From Myxococcota bacterium (GTDB lineage: Bacteria; Myxococcota_A; Bradymonadia; UBA7976; UBA1532), in NCBI GenBank assembly GCA_036337435.1, contig JAYZEG010000007.1:1-34010 (forward strand): a stretch of DNA of 34,010 nucleotides, read 5' to 3'. This document shows positions 1-9,375 of the stretch, piece by piece. The first letter of the stretch is position 1. Each line of letters begins with the position of its first letter. The notes under the pieces were generated by a model. The model had not been told where the DNA came from. It made no database searches and saw only the letters and a program-made list of their open reading frames with translations. The translations under genes were made by a program, and so were the position numbers.

Positions 1-303
1 TGACGAATATCGTTCTAAACGAGCCCGAAGTTGAGCGCGCCATTCCTGGGGTTCATCATCGTCATCGCTCTCCGCCGTTTTCAACCAGGTATCAATGATC
101 AACGCATACTGGTCAGCCAATACGTCGGCACCGTCGGGCACCTCAACCTCATTACCCTGTTCTACCCCGTCCGCTTTTCCGGACCCTTGTTCGCCAATGG
201 ATTGCGTAGCAATGTCTTCATCAGCATTCGCACAACTCAAAGACAAGCCCAACAACAGGACAAGCGCAGGCCGGATAGCACACCTTGATTTGGTCTTCGT
301 CAT
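1..303 (-). CDS. Lipoprotein, N-terminal part only (runs off window start); not in the ORF track
   Basis: Manual translation from ATG at 303: MTKTKSRCAIRPALVLLLGLSLSCANADEDIATQSIGEQGSGKADGVEQ..., open to base 1. Lipobox LSLSC, GKADG motif, GGGGGT SD-like sequence upstream. Confidence 0.75.
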   Translation of the reverse strand, partial: MTKTKSRCAIRPALVLLLGLSLSCANADEDIATQSIGEQGSGKADGVEQGNEVEVPDGADVLADQYALIIDTWLKTAESDDDDEPQEWRAQLRARLERYSS

Positions 304-473
304 AATGAAATACCCCCATCGTCGCGAAAGTATACAGCAGAACAATGGATTTAGCCCATGACATTTTCTTTTTAGAGAGTGAAAATCACCCACGCAGGGG
401 CTTTGGGCGGCCCTGAGCACACCGAGAACGCCCGTCGAGTCATCATTGGGTCGGCGTATAAATAGACCGTCAC

Positions 474-1418
474 TTAGGACGTTGCATTCGTTCGAGTTGC
501 TGCCAATTGGAGCGTGTATTTACCCGTTAAAGTCGTTTTGAAACCCTGCTGGTTCAGGTAACGCCTAAAACCACTGACCTGTCGAAACAGCAGAGAGTAT
601 TCGGGGCGTCGATAATTGGGAACCCGAGCTCCATAAACCACGACACCACCATGGTATCGACAATTGGGAAAACCAAGAATTATCGTACCATCTGGTGTCA
701 AGTGCGATTTCACAATGCGTCGACAGATCGCCTGCCCGTCAACGCTTGGGCTATGCAATGTATTGATTGCAACAACCAGGCTAAAACGGCCAAGGTCCAA
801 TGCCTGTAATTCACTAATAGAATGGCACAATAGGCGTACATTCAGGTGCGAAAATCGACTGTCTGCCTGTTCGAGTGCCGTAGCACAATGATCAATTCCA
901 ACCCAATCGAGAGTGTCTCGAACCGACTCATGTACCAAATTGCGGATGCCAGCGATTTCATCACCCCGATTGACACCGAGAATCAGAATCCGAGCACCAG
1001 GAGCAAGGTTTATCTGGCCAAGCACGGATTTCAATCCGTTGACGAAGTGAGGATCCTCAAACCGATGAATCCGGTAGAACTGTGATTGCGTCCCATATTT
1101 TTCTGTATCACCGGAGGGTTTAGACCCCGTGTGCCAGGAGCTGGAGTCGGCAAGAGTTGTAAACCGTAAGCGGAGGTGCGTGTCGGATACCATGATGGGC
1201 ACGCCCATTCGGCAACCGAGGGTTTCGGCGATATCAAGCCAACATTTGAGAGAGCGATAAGTATAGGTAATGCCGCCTTGAGTGAGCATCTCGCCGTCGA
1301 ATAAATCCGGCTTTAAATCCGGATTCAGAATGTCACAAGAGACAAGACCTCCTGTGCTTTCAAGGCCCCGTCGCAGGCGGTCCAGTACCTCCGCCATACC
1401 CTCGGTCGTAAACAGCAT
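474..1418 (-). CDS. Class I SAM-dependent methyltransferase with an N-terminal extension
   Basis: Motif I-like RILILGVNRG, acidic WVGID, and GRFSLVVAINTLH / LTPDGTIIL motifs of the Rossmann methyltransferase fold. Confidence 0.75.
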   Translation of the reverse strand: MLFTTEGMAEVLDRLRRGLESTGGLVSCDILNPDLKPDLFDGEMLTQGGITYTYRSLKCWLDIAETLGCRMGVPIMVSDTHLRLRFTTLADSSSWHTGSKPSGDTEKYGTQSQFYRIHRFEDPHFVNGLKSVLGQINLAPGARILILGVNRGDEIAGIRNLVHESVRDTLDWVGIDHCATALEQADSRFSHLNVRLLCHSISELQALDLGRFSLVVAINTLHSPSVDGQAICRRIVKSHLTPDGTIILGFPNCRYHGGVVVYGARVPNYRRPEYSLLFRQVSGFRRYLNQQGFKTTLTGKYTLQLAATRTNATS

Positions 1419-1461
1419 AACTCAAACTCAGTCCTTGGCCGTAAAGCGTAGGCCAAGGTCA

Positions 1462-2070
1462 TCATCTGAAGATTTGCGGTGCGCCATATTTTGACTCCCA
1501 ATCGCGAAGCTTAACCATATAGGCTTCGGGCTTGGTTGCCCTCAGCAAAACGGTCCGAAGGCCGGTTACTTTTCCTTTTGGGCCAAAAATTTTGTGCACG
1601 ATGGTCAATTGGTCCTTCTTGAGTTCCGCAGAGACATTCTTGCTGCCCGCACGAAATAGATCGACCGTGTACTGCCAAGACTGGCTTGTCCACGGCGTTC
1701 CTGTAAACTGGACCTGGCCCGCTTCGATGGGCGGGTCGACTTTGTATTCACTCGGTGACGTCCCGGGCACCACTTTAATGGTTCGCGTATAGCGTGAGAG
1801 TGCTTCGACAAAATATTCGGTTATCTTGCCCTCTTGGGACGAGATGACCCGCTTGAGGAGTGCGATGCGTCGCGGTCCATAAAGCTGCTTACCGTCCACG
1901 GAGCTGTCTTGCAAATCACCAACATAGTAATCGATGCGTTGTACCGCCTCACTTTGGGATTTCGACGTGTTCGCGGTGCCTTTTTTGGGTGCACAAAGAG
2001 CGACTGAGATGCTCAAAAGAAAACCGAGGAGACAAACTGAGAAAACTGACCTGTTGAGATTAAGTCGCAT
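1462..2070 (-). CDS. Secreted hypothetical protein
   Basis: 202-aa ORF with a hydrophobic N-terminal signal; packed co-directionally with its neighbours; AGGA/GGA upstream. Confidence 0.7.
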   Translation of the reverse strand: MRLNLNRSVFSVCLLGFLLSISVALCAPKKGTANTSKSQSEAVQRIDYYVGDLQDSSVDGKQLYGPRRIALLKRVISSQEGKITEYFVEALSRYTRTIKVVPGTSPSEYKVDPPIEAGQVQFTGTPWTSQSWQYTVDLFRAGSKNVSAELKKDQLTIVHKIFGPKGKVTGLRTVLLRATKPEAYMVKLRDWESKYGAPQIFR

Positions 2071-2175
2071 TGTCCATAGTCCTTTCTCTAGTGAACATCA
2101 AATTTGCAGATAGGGCATTTGTGAAACGAACGGCGTCTGTGTGAATTCAAAGCAGGACACCGAAAAGACCCGGGT

Positions 2176-3456
2176 TCAGAGACTACTTTGACACGATTGA
2201 TATGTGCGAACCAGGTCTCGCAGTGCAACCTGCGCTTGCCGGCGCGCCATGCGAAAGCTGCGTTTGAGTTCGTCGAGGTCGCGCCGGATCGCCGCCGTAT
2301 GCTCAGCCTTGGGCAAACGGTTGGCATTCCTCAGTTTAGCCGTTAAAGCAGTGCGTCTCTTTTTGAGTTCTTTGAGCGCGCTTTCAAGTGCATTTTCCGC
2401 CACCTCAACGTGATTGAGCAAATAGCCTCGAAGCAACGCAATGCGGGTGCTCAAAACGCCATTTTTTTGCTGTAGATCGTTTTCATCCTCAAGTTCAATA
2501 GTCAGTATCCGATGGCCGTCTCTGAAGGTGGCAGCCCAATCTTCTAGGCTTCGTCCTGGGCGTTCGGCCAGTTTCCTGAGCATGCGTTCTTTGGCAAATC
2601 GTGAGCGTGACCTGATGAGCGACTCGTCGGGTGTTCGCTTGATGTCCCAAACCAGTGAACTGTGGGACAAGCTCCAAATGAGCCACTTACTCGGGTCATA
2701 ATTATACCATTTCGGTCCGTTACGGTAATCGTGCTGATAGGCGTGATGAAAGTTGTGATAGCCCTCGCCAAAAGACAAGAGGCTCAAAAACCAATTGTCG
2801 CGCGCAGTGTTCTCGTCCGACCAAGGTCGGCTGCCCCACATGTGCGCCAAAGAATTGATCGTAAATGTAAAGTGATGCACCAACACAATGCGCAGCAGCC
2901 CGGCAAAAAGCAGCATGCCGCCCACTCGTCCAGACCAAAAACCAAGGGCAAGGGGGACAGCAAGATTAAAAGTAATTGCGATAGGCCAATAATATCGATG
3001 TTGCCACCGGCAGATAGGGTCGGCCCATAAGTCGGGCACATTTGGATAACTCGTATCGCGTCGCCCTCCGAGAAAGATCCAACCGATATGACTAAACCAA
3101 AAGCCACGATTTGCATCATAGGGATCCGTCTCAGTGTCCACATGTCGATGATGAGTGCGATGGTCAGATGCCCATGCGATGATGCTATTTTGGCACGCAC
3201 CTGCACCGACGATGGCGAACCCCAAGCGAACCGGCCAAGACGCCTTGTAGCTGCGATGAGAAAACAAACGATGATACCCAGCCGTAATCCCTAAACCGGT
3301 CAGAAACCACAAGCCGATACAAGCCCAAATCTCGGCTTGTAGAACGCCATGATGTGCAATGTAAAGGGGCGTCAGGATGAGGGCCGCGAGTGGCGTCAAG
3401 GTGAGAAATGCAACATTTAACCAGAGAATTTCTCGGTTTCTCTTTGCCGTATCCAT
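2176..3456 (-). CDS. Delta-9 acyl-CoA/acyl-lipid fatty acid desaturase with C-terminal coiled-coil extension
   Basis: Three His boxes (HRLFSH, HRTHH, HNFHH), GEGYHNFHH, YDPSKW and TM helices. Start moved to ATG 3456 (MDTAKR) behind a strong AGGAGG SD. Confidence 0.93.
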   Translation of the reverse strand: MDTAKRNREILWLNVAFLTLTPLAALILTPLYIAHHGVLQAEIWACIGLWFLTGLGITAGYHRLFSHRSYKASWPVRLGFAIVGAGACQNSIIAWASDHRTHHRHVDTETDPYDANRGFWFSHIGWIFLGGRRDTSYPNVPDLWADPICRWQHRYYWPIAITFNLAVPLALGFWSGRVGGMLLFAGLLRIVLVHHFTFTINSLAHMWGSRPWSDENTARDNWFLSLLSFGEGYHNFHHAYQHDYRNGPKWYNYDPSKWLIWSLSHSSLVWDIKRTPDESLIRSRSRFAKERMLRKLAERPGRSLEDWAATFRDGHRILTIELEDENDLQQKNGVLSTRIALLRGYLLNHVEVAENALESALKELKKRRTALTAKLRNANRLPKAEHTAAIRRDLDELKRSFRMARRQAQVALRDLVRTYQSCQSSL

Positions 3457-3533
3457 CAGTAAACCTCCTAGAGCCACAGTCTGCCATGCAGTCTCGGTCG
3501 TAGAAAAGAAAACAGTACGTAAATCGTCCACAG

Positions 3534-3738
3534 CACTTAACAGCCGGCCCGATCGTTGATTTGAAACGTCGAAACCAGCTGTGACTGTGTGATCCTTAAG
3601 TGTCCATGCCACTTCGGAGAAAGCGGCAATACCGAGCTCCCGGTATACGAGTCGTCAGGGGAAAAAAGGTTTCCAGATGGGACTTCCCAGCTGGCTATTT
3701 TCCACAAGCCCACACGGTTGTGTGAGCTCAGACGACTC
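3534..3738 (-). promoter_or_regulatory. Putative structured cis-regulatory RNA leader of the desaturase
   Basis: Consecutive stems found by eye, with G-U wobbles favouring the minus strand (see findings). No known family recognised. Confidence 0.35.
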
Positions 3739-3741
3739 AGC

Positions 3742-4701
3742 TCATTTCTTCGGGTCAGCTGCTTTCTTAGCTGGTGGCGCAACCTTGATTGTCGGCGCCT
3801 TGCCTGCAGCAGCGGGACCAGCACTTGGCTTGCCAATGCTCGGTCGGAGCTTTTCTGCACACTCCTGAAGCTTCTTCCTGAATGGGTCCATTTCAGCAAT
3901 TTGTTGGGGTGTTGGCGCAACCGTGGGTGGCTTGACCTTTCGTAATTCCATCATGGAGCCCTGGAAGCACATCATGTCCTTGCATTCGCACGCCGAGTTG
4001 GCGGTCTTTTTGAACGCGGCAAACCACGTCTTGAAGCGGGCTGCATTTTCTTCCGGAGTTGGTGCCTTCTCAATCTCTAGGAGTTCAACATCAAAAACGA
4101 GCGTTCCCGCCGGTGCGCCGGGGCGCGCTGGCTTGTCACCATAGGCCAGATTACCCGGAATCCAAAACCGCCGTTTCTCACCAACGACCATCATGGCGAC
4201 GCCCTCGGTCCATCCCTTGATGACGCGATTGAGAGGAAATGAAGCCGGGGTTCCGCGGGCGACTGAACTGTCGAACATTTTCCCGTCTGTCGTCCATCCG
4301 GTGTAGTGCACTTTGACAGTATCTTCTTTGGCTGGCTTGGCTTTTCCGGTCCCTGCCTTCAAAACCTTTGAAGCCAATCCAGAGGCCGTCTTAGCCGCAT
4401 CAGCTGGAGCTGCCGCAACGTCTGCTGGTGCTGGAATGGACGCTGGCTTAGTTGGCATGCCTGGAATCGCCTTCGCAGGGGGCTTGGCTGCAGCTGCAGG
4501 CTTGGCTGTCGCCGTAGGCTTGGCTGCGGTCGCCTTTTTGTCTGCAGCAGTCGCTTTTTTAGCTGGTGCTTTTTGCGCTGTCTTAGCGGCTGCTGTTGTC
4601 GTGTTCGCCGTCTGAGTAGCTGGCGTCTTTTCGGACGCTGTTTTTGGTTCACAGCCGGTCAATGCGACAGCTGCAATGAGAACGATTGAAAGGGACCTCA
4701 T
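3742..4701 (-). CDS. FKBP-type peptidyl-prolyl cis-trans isomerase lipoprotein
   Basis: VKVHYTGWTTDGKMFDSS, VIKGWTEG, IPGNLAYG, LVFDVELL. Lipobox LTGC, Ala/Lys/Pro linker. Start MRSLS at 4701 with GGAG SD. Confidence 0.93.
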   Translation of the reverse strand: MRSLSIVLIAAVALTGCEPKTASEKTPATQTANTTTAAAKTAQKAPAKKATAADKKATAAKPTATAKPAAAAKPPAKAIPGMPTKPASIPAPADVAAAPADAAKTASGLASKVLKAGTGKAKPAKEDTVKVHYTGWTTDGKMFDSSVARGTPASFPLNRVIKGWTEGVAMMVVGEKRRFWIPGNLAYGDKPARPGAPAGTLVFDVELLEIEKAPTPEENAARFKTWFAAFKKTANSACECKDMMCFQGSMMELRKVKPPTVAPTPQQIAEMDPFRKKLQECAEKLRPSIGKPSAGPAAAGKAPTIKVAPPAKKAADPKK

Positions 4702-4928
4702 ATTGTCTAGACTCCAACCACGCCCTCCCAAAACGAATACAAGTTCGACTCTATTGGAAAGCGATGGACTTAAATCGAATCGCCCGTGCGACTCTGGTTA
4801 ACATCATGGACGACGCATAGCCGTCCTTCGTAAATCCTGGGCCTTTAGTCAGCCAGTGCAGCACCCTATACAACTGCTGGTCGTCGGACACAAGCTTGGT
4901 CAGTCATTATCGTTGTATCACGGACAGG

Positions 4929-6059
4929 TTAAGCCAGTGTCCCAGCTGCCTTCAACCCATCGATTTCATCCTCGCTGAAGCCCAATTTGAGTAATATTGA
5001 GCTGGTTGGGCTGGCGTTTGCGTCTGAAGGCTCCGACAACTCGACGGCTGTCTTCGAAAAGCGTGGTGCAGGGGCGGGCTGGACGCAACCGGCGGCTGTC
5101 GTAAACGTCGACCGGTGGCGATTATGCCGGTGCTTGGGTGCCTCAGCTAATGACAACACGGGGTAAACGCAGGCATCAATGTCTTCGAATACATCGGCCC
5201 ACTGCTGCCTCGTTTTCGACAAGAACACACCCTGAAAGAGCGACCGTAGTTCAGCCCAACGTGTCTGGTCATACTGACTAGGCAACTCCGCCATATCGAG
5301 GCCAAGTCCATGAATCAAAAGTGCATAGAACTTTGGCTCGATGGCACCAACAGACATGTAGCCACCGTCTGCCGTTTGATAGCAGCGGTAAAAGGGGGCT
5401 CCTCCATCGAGTAGATTCGAGCCTCGCTCCGTAGTCCACATCCCACTTGCCATCAATCCGTGGAACATTGTTGTCAAGAGGGCCGATCCGTCCACCATTG
5501 CTGCATCAACAACCTGGCCTTCGCCACTTATTTTCGCATGGAGTACAGCCGCAAGGACCCCCACAGCAAGTAACATCCCACCACCACCAAAATCCGCAAC
5601 CAAGTTCAATGGGATAATGGGCGGACCGCCGGCATCGCCGATGGGATGTAAAGCCCCCGAGAGAGCGATGTAATTGATATCATGACCAGCACGTTGGGCC
5701 ATGGGGCCATCTTGACCCCAACCGGTAATTCTGCCGTAGACCAGGGCAGGGTTGATGGCTAAGCACGGTTTCGGACCAATACCTAAACGCTCAGCCACAC
5801 CGGGTCTAAAGCCTTCAATTAAAACATCGGACTGCGCAACCAGACGCTTGATCAGCTCAGCACCTGCTGGCGATTTCAGGTCAACAGACAGGGTAGTGCG
5901 GCCTCGATTGAGCAAGTCGGTCGGGACCATCATTGCGCCCTTCATCCGCTGGATGCGAATCACCTCTGCCCCCAAGTCGGCCAGCAACATGCCGCAAAAT
6001 GGGCCTGGGCCGAGGCCCGCTATTTCGATGACCCGTATTCCTGTCAATGGTCCGGACAC
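4929..6059 (-). CDS. CaiB/BaiF family III CoA-transferase, alpha-methylacyl-CoA racemase-like
   Basis: GLGPGPFCGMLLADLGAEV, EGFRPGVAERLG, AGHDINY, NLVADFGGG, VDAAMVDG, NLLDGGAPFY. GTG start with GAGGAGG SD. Confidence 0.93.
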   Translation of the reverse strand: MSGPLTGIRVIEIAGLGPGPFCGMLLADLGAEVIRIQRMKGAMMVPTDLLNRGRTTLSVDLKSPAGAELIKRLVAQSDVLIEGFRPGVAERLGIGPKPCLAINPALVYGRITGWGQDGPMAQRAGHDINYIALSGALHPIGDAGGPPIIPLNLVADFGGGGMLLAVGVLAAVLHAKISGEGQVVDAAMVDGSALLTTMFHGLMASGMWTTERGSNLLDGGAPFYRCYQTADGGYMSVGAIEPKFYALLIHGLGLDMAELPSQYDQTRWAELRSLFQGVFLSKTRQQWADVFEDIDACVYPVLSLAEAPKHRHNRHRSTFTTAAGCVQPAPAPRFSKTAVELSEPSDANASPTSSILLKLGFSEDEIDGLKAAGTLA

Positions 6060-6110
6060 GAATTGCCTCCTCAGCGTACTTTAAACTGAACTGCCCCTTC
6101 GCTTTGAAAT

Positions 6111-6890
6111 CTAAAGAGCCTGCGCGCAGCATGCAACAGGATGCTGCTCGTCGAGCGCACGGTCGGTCGAAAAGGCGCCATTCTCACTGACCCAAAGATG
6201 ACGGCCAACCCCTTGCCACCCTCGGCATGTGAACCAATCGGGATGGCCCACTAAGCCCGATGATTCAAGAGCGTATACATTGCCATCAGGCCGAACAGCA
6301 AAACTGATAAAGACGGGAAGAATCCAGCCCCCTCGGTCATGTTGCGGAACTTGAATATTGTGCATGTAGTCAGTGGACCGACACGGCGTCGACCCCTCGA
6401 ACGTCTCGCTACATGCGGCCTGTAGACCACGAAGGCCCAACCCACAGCTAATCGCATCTATACTCATGCCAACAAAGACGCTCTGCCCGCCGACACCATC
6501 ACCCGCTGGACCTGCCGGACCCGCTGGACCTGCCGGACCCGCTGGACCTGCTGGACCCGCTGGACCGGCTTCCCCTGCTGGACCCGCTGGACCGGCTTCC
6601 CCTGCTGGGCCCGCTGGACCGGCCGGACCCGCTGGACCCGCTGGACCGGCTTCCCCTGCTGGACCCGCCGGACCGACGATCCCAGTGGGGGTTGTCGATC
6701 GCTGATCCGTAAGCCCATCTGCAGCGTAGAAACTTGCCCCAGCATCTCGCAGCACACTGTTATTCTGGGCATTGGAACCAGGGCTGGACTCGTCGCATCC
6801 TGTCCAAAGTGCCATGGGTAGCATAAGGGTCAAAAATAAGCATGAATTACGCCATTTTAAGAGACCTACTGGCCTATTCGGACTCGTCAC
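6111..6890 (-). CDS. Collagen-like lipoprotein with a Cys-containing C-terminal globular domain
   Basis: Lipobox WTGC and 19 uninterrupted GPA/GEA triplets. Probable GTG start at 6890 with AGGAG SD (the ORF track extends to 6971). Confidence 0.82.
   Translation of the reverse strand: MTSPNRPVGLLKWRNSCLFLTLMLPMALWTGCDESSPGSNAQNNSVLRDAGASFYAADGLTDQRSTTPTGIVGPAGPAGEAGPAGPAGPAGPAGPAGEAGPAGPAGEAGPAGPAGPAGPAGPAGPAGPAGDGVGGQSVFVGMSIDAISCGLGLRGLQAACSETFEGSTPCRSTDYMHNIQVPQHDRGGWILPVFISFAVRPDGNVYALESSGLVGHPDWFTCRGWQGVGRHLWVSENGAFSTDRALDEQHPVACCAQAL
6504..6674 (-). repeat. 9-bp tandem repeat encoding (Gly-Pro/Glu-Ala)19
   Basis: Repeated + strand units such as cgctggacc, tgccggacc and ggcttcccc. Confidence 0.92.
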
Positions 6891-7008
6891 AATGGACTCC
6901 TGCGCAAAGTGAATCGACAGCGCAAGCGTATACCGGGTAGATAAGTGCTGTAAACTCCACGTTTTGGTCACCGATGCATCTCAATTGCTCACCGGATAGG
7001 AACTACGG

Positions 7009-7776
7009 TCAACCGACGGTTACACCGCCACTGACTTGAATACTTTGTCCCGTCATGAAGGCGGCATCGTCTGCTGCAAAAAAGGCCACAGCGGCCGCTA
7101 CGTCAGCCGGCACTCCCCACCGCTGCATCGGAATGCCGTCTAAATATCGATCCTTGGCGTCCTGACTGTCCGCCGCATGGCGTTCAACGGGAATCCAGCC
7201 CGGACAAACGATATTGACGGTAATGCCCCAAGGGGCGAGTTCGCTGGCCATAGAGCGCGTCCACCCCTCCTGAGCTCCTTTGGCCGCAACGTAGGCACTG
7301 AAATTGGGTGCCCCCCGTTTAAACACCTCGCTCCCAATGTTCACAATTCGACCCCATCGGCGGGATTTCATCCCGGCGAGAACAGCCTTGGTCAGCAAGA
7401 GCGGGCTTTTTACAAAATAGTCGAGCATCCGCTGATAATCAGACCAGTCATAGTCCTCGATAGGCCGCTGTGGCTGATCGCAAGTCGCATTAGCGACCAA
7501 AATATCGATGGATCCCAAATCTGAAGTAACGGTGGACACTAAGCGATTGATCTCCGCCTCATCGATGACCGATGCTTGATACAATTCGCACTGGATTCCT
7601 TCGGCTCTGAATTGGTCCAACGTCGCCTTTGCTCGGGCATCTTGATTGACATAATTCAAAGCAATTTTCGCTCCAGCCCGACCCAGTCGGAGGGCAATGG
7701 CTTTTCCCAATCCAGTGGTCGACCCCGTGATCAAGGCGACCCGGCTCTCGGTAAGTGCGTCTTTATCAACTGTCAT
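7009..7776 (-). CDS. Short-chain dehydrogenase/reductase (FabG-like)
   Basis: TGSTTGLG cofactor motif, YVAAK catalytic motif, CPGWI, FMTGQSIQVSGG. GAGGGAG SD. Confidence 0.92.
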   Translation of the reverse strand: MTVDKDALTESRVALITGSTTGLGKAIALRLGRAGAKIALNYVNQDARAKATLDQFRAEGIQCELYQASVIDEAEINRLVSTVTSDLGSIDILVANATCDQPQRPIEDYDWSDYQRMLDYFVKSPLLLTKAVLAGMKSRRWGRIVNIGSEVFKRGAPNFSAYVAAKGAQEGWTRSMASELAPWGITVNIVCPGWIPVERHAADSQDAKDRYLDGIPMQRWGVPADVAAAVAFFAADDAAFMTGQSIQVSGGVTVG

Positions 7777-7917
7777 CGGTCTCCCTCACAGAAAACAAAA
7801 TGTCGTCGGGCCACCCATCGGACGCAACCTGAGTTGGACGTCATACGAGTCGAACCAATTGTACGGACTTGTCACCTTATGCCAGAATAGCCAAGAGAGA
7901 TCGATTGGGTGAATGAT

Positions 7918-9375
7918 ATGTTTCGAATGGTTACGCTCAGTATCCTCTGCCTGAGCACGTTGGCGACAGCCAGGACCGTCTTGCAAAACGATTCGGTTGA
8001 AGCCGGTGCGCAAATCGCGTTTTATCCAAACATGCGAGGCGGCGAATCCTTCGTATCGATTTTCGACGTGCCGGCTGAGTACGATAATTATAAGGTTTGT
8101 CGAATTCTGCTTTGGGTTGGACCAGCCGGATTTAATATCTTTACGTTTCGACTCGCTGAAGCCACAGAGGACGGTGACGAAGCCCAATTGATTTGGCAGA
8201 GCGACCTTGATGCCTACCAAGTCTCTGGAAGTCGCGAACAAATGAGTAGCGTTGATCTGGCAGCCCAGCGCATCACAACCAATGCTCGCCGACTCCGAAT
8301 CCGAGGCCGACATGTCGAAGGCAGCGGCGCACCGCCCGGAATCGCATCGGACACTGATGGAATTACACCGGGTCATAACCGACTCCGAGTCTTACAACGA
8401 AACGGCAGCTGGTTTAGCGATTTTACGGACGTACTCGAAGACGGCGGCAGCCCGGAACGGCCGCCCGGCGATTGGGTCTTCAGGCTTGAAATTGCCCATT
8501 TAGATGAAGTCTGTCCCAACGGTGAGGCCCAATTACCGGACATGAGCCGTCCAAGACCACCGCAAGATGCGGGGGTCGTTCGCGATGACTCGGGCCCGGG
8601 CGATTTGGATGCTGGGCTGCCAGAAACAGATGTTGGACTTTCTGATGCAGCAGGATTCGACGACAATGACACTCAGACCGTCGGAACGGATGCTGTGCCT
8701 GAAGCCGATGGTTCGCCTTTGCCTATCGTGGGTTTGGAATTGACAAGAATCAATCCGGAGCGAGGCACGCGAGACCGCAATACTGAGGTCGTCATTAATG
8801 GACGCGGTTTCCTATCCAACAATGACCTATTCGTGGAGTTAGGTGATACCCGATTGTTGGAGGTCGACGTCCTCTCCGGTTCGACTCTGACAGCCGTCGT
8901 TCCGGCTGGGCTCGATGAAGGCCGCTATGACCTTCGGATCACGCGCGGCGACGGTCAGGTCGCCTTGCTACCGAGGGCATTTACTATTGTGGGCGACACC
9001 CTCAACGTGATCTCAGTCTCCCCACGAATGCTTGCACAAAATGCCCCGGTGGACATGAGTATCCAGGGCCGTGGGTTTGGCGAAAATACGCAGTTTAGCA
9101 TCGGCGGAATTGGCATTGAGTCATTGACCTTCGAATCTGATGAAGTCGTCCGAGGCACATTTGTCGCAAGCTTGCCTGTGGGAACCTACGACCTCGTCGC
9201 TCGAAACGGCGACGCATCGGCCCGATTATTGGATGCAATTTCTATCATCAAAAGCGGCGGCGCGGCCGGCGCCACTGACGGTGGGTGCTCACATATTGGC
9301 GGTGTTCCAAGCCAGACTCTTGGGGTTCTCTTGTTGATTGCGATTTGTGGGCTACGAAGACGTCGCACACCGTGA
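7918..9375 (+). CDS. Secreted protein with two IPT/TIG domains and a MYXO-CTERM-like C-terminal anchor
   Basis: Signal peptide, acidic linker, two IPT repeats (INPERG...INGRGF...GRYDL; VSPR...IQGRGF...GTYDL), C-terminal GGC-spacer-hydrophobic helix-RRRR. Start could be 7909. Confidence 0.85.
   Translation: MFRMVTLSILCLSTLATARTVLQNDSVEAGAQIAFYPNMRGGESFVSIFDVPAEYDNYKVCRILLWVGPAGFNIFTFRLAEATEDGDEAQLIWQSDLDAYQVSGSREQMSSVDLAAQRITTNARRLRIRGRHVEGSGAPPGIASDTDGITPGHNRLRVLQRNGSWFSDFTDVLEDGGSPERPPGDWVFRLEIAHLDEVCPNGEAQLPDMSRPRPPQDAGVVRDDSGPGDLDAGLPETDVGLSDAAGFDDNDTQTVGTDAVPEADGSPLPIVGLELTRINPERGTRDRNTEVVINGRGFLSNNDLFVELGDTRLLEVDVLSGSTLTAVVPAGLDEGRYDLRITRGDGQVALLPRAFTIVGDTLNVISVSPRMLAQNAPVDMSIQGRGFGENTQFSIGGIGIESLTFESDEVVRGTFVASLPVGTYDLVARNGDASARLLDAISIIKSGGAAGATDGGCSHIGGVPSQTLGVLLLIAICGLRRRRTP

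Noticed and set aside
391..470. CAGGGG...CTGAG resembling a TPP riboswitch 5' half
   Set aside because: The 3' consensus is absent and the orientation is opposite to the flanking genes.
3457..3612. N-terminal extension of the desaturase in the ORF track
   Set aside because: A strong SD precedes ATG 3456; the extension overlaps the putative leader.
3470..3741. Structured spacer as retron msr-msd, RNase P, tmRNA or cobalamin riboswitch
   Set aside because: No reverse transcriptase gene in the window, and the diagnostic conserved sequences are missing.
6504..6674. Tandem repeat as CRISPR or mobile element
   Set aside because: No unique spacers; it is in-frame coding sequence.
6373..6772. Repetitive alternative-frame ORFs (PAGPAG on +, VQRVQQ on -)
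   Set aside because: Shadows of the collagen 9-bp repeat; no signal peptide or SD.
7786..8376. 196-aa antisense ORF, and similar ORFs such as 17052-17543, 19067-19696 and 31530-32192
   Set aside because: They overlap well-supported genes and have no recognisable motifs.
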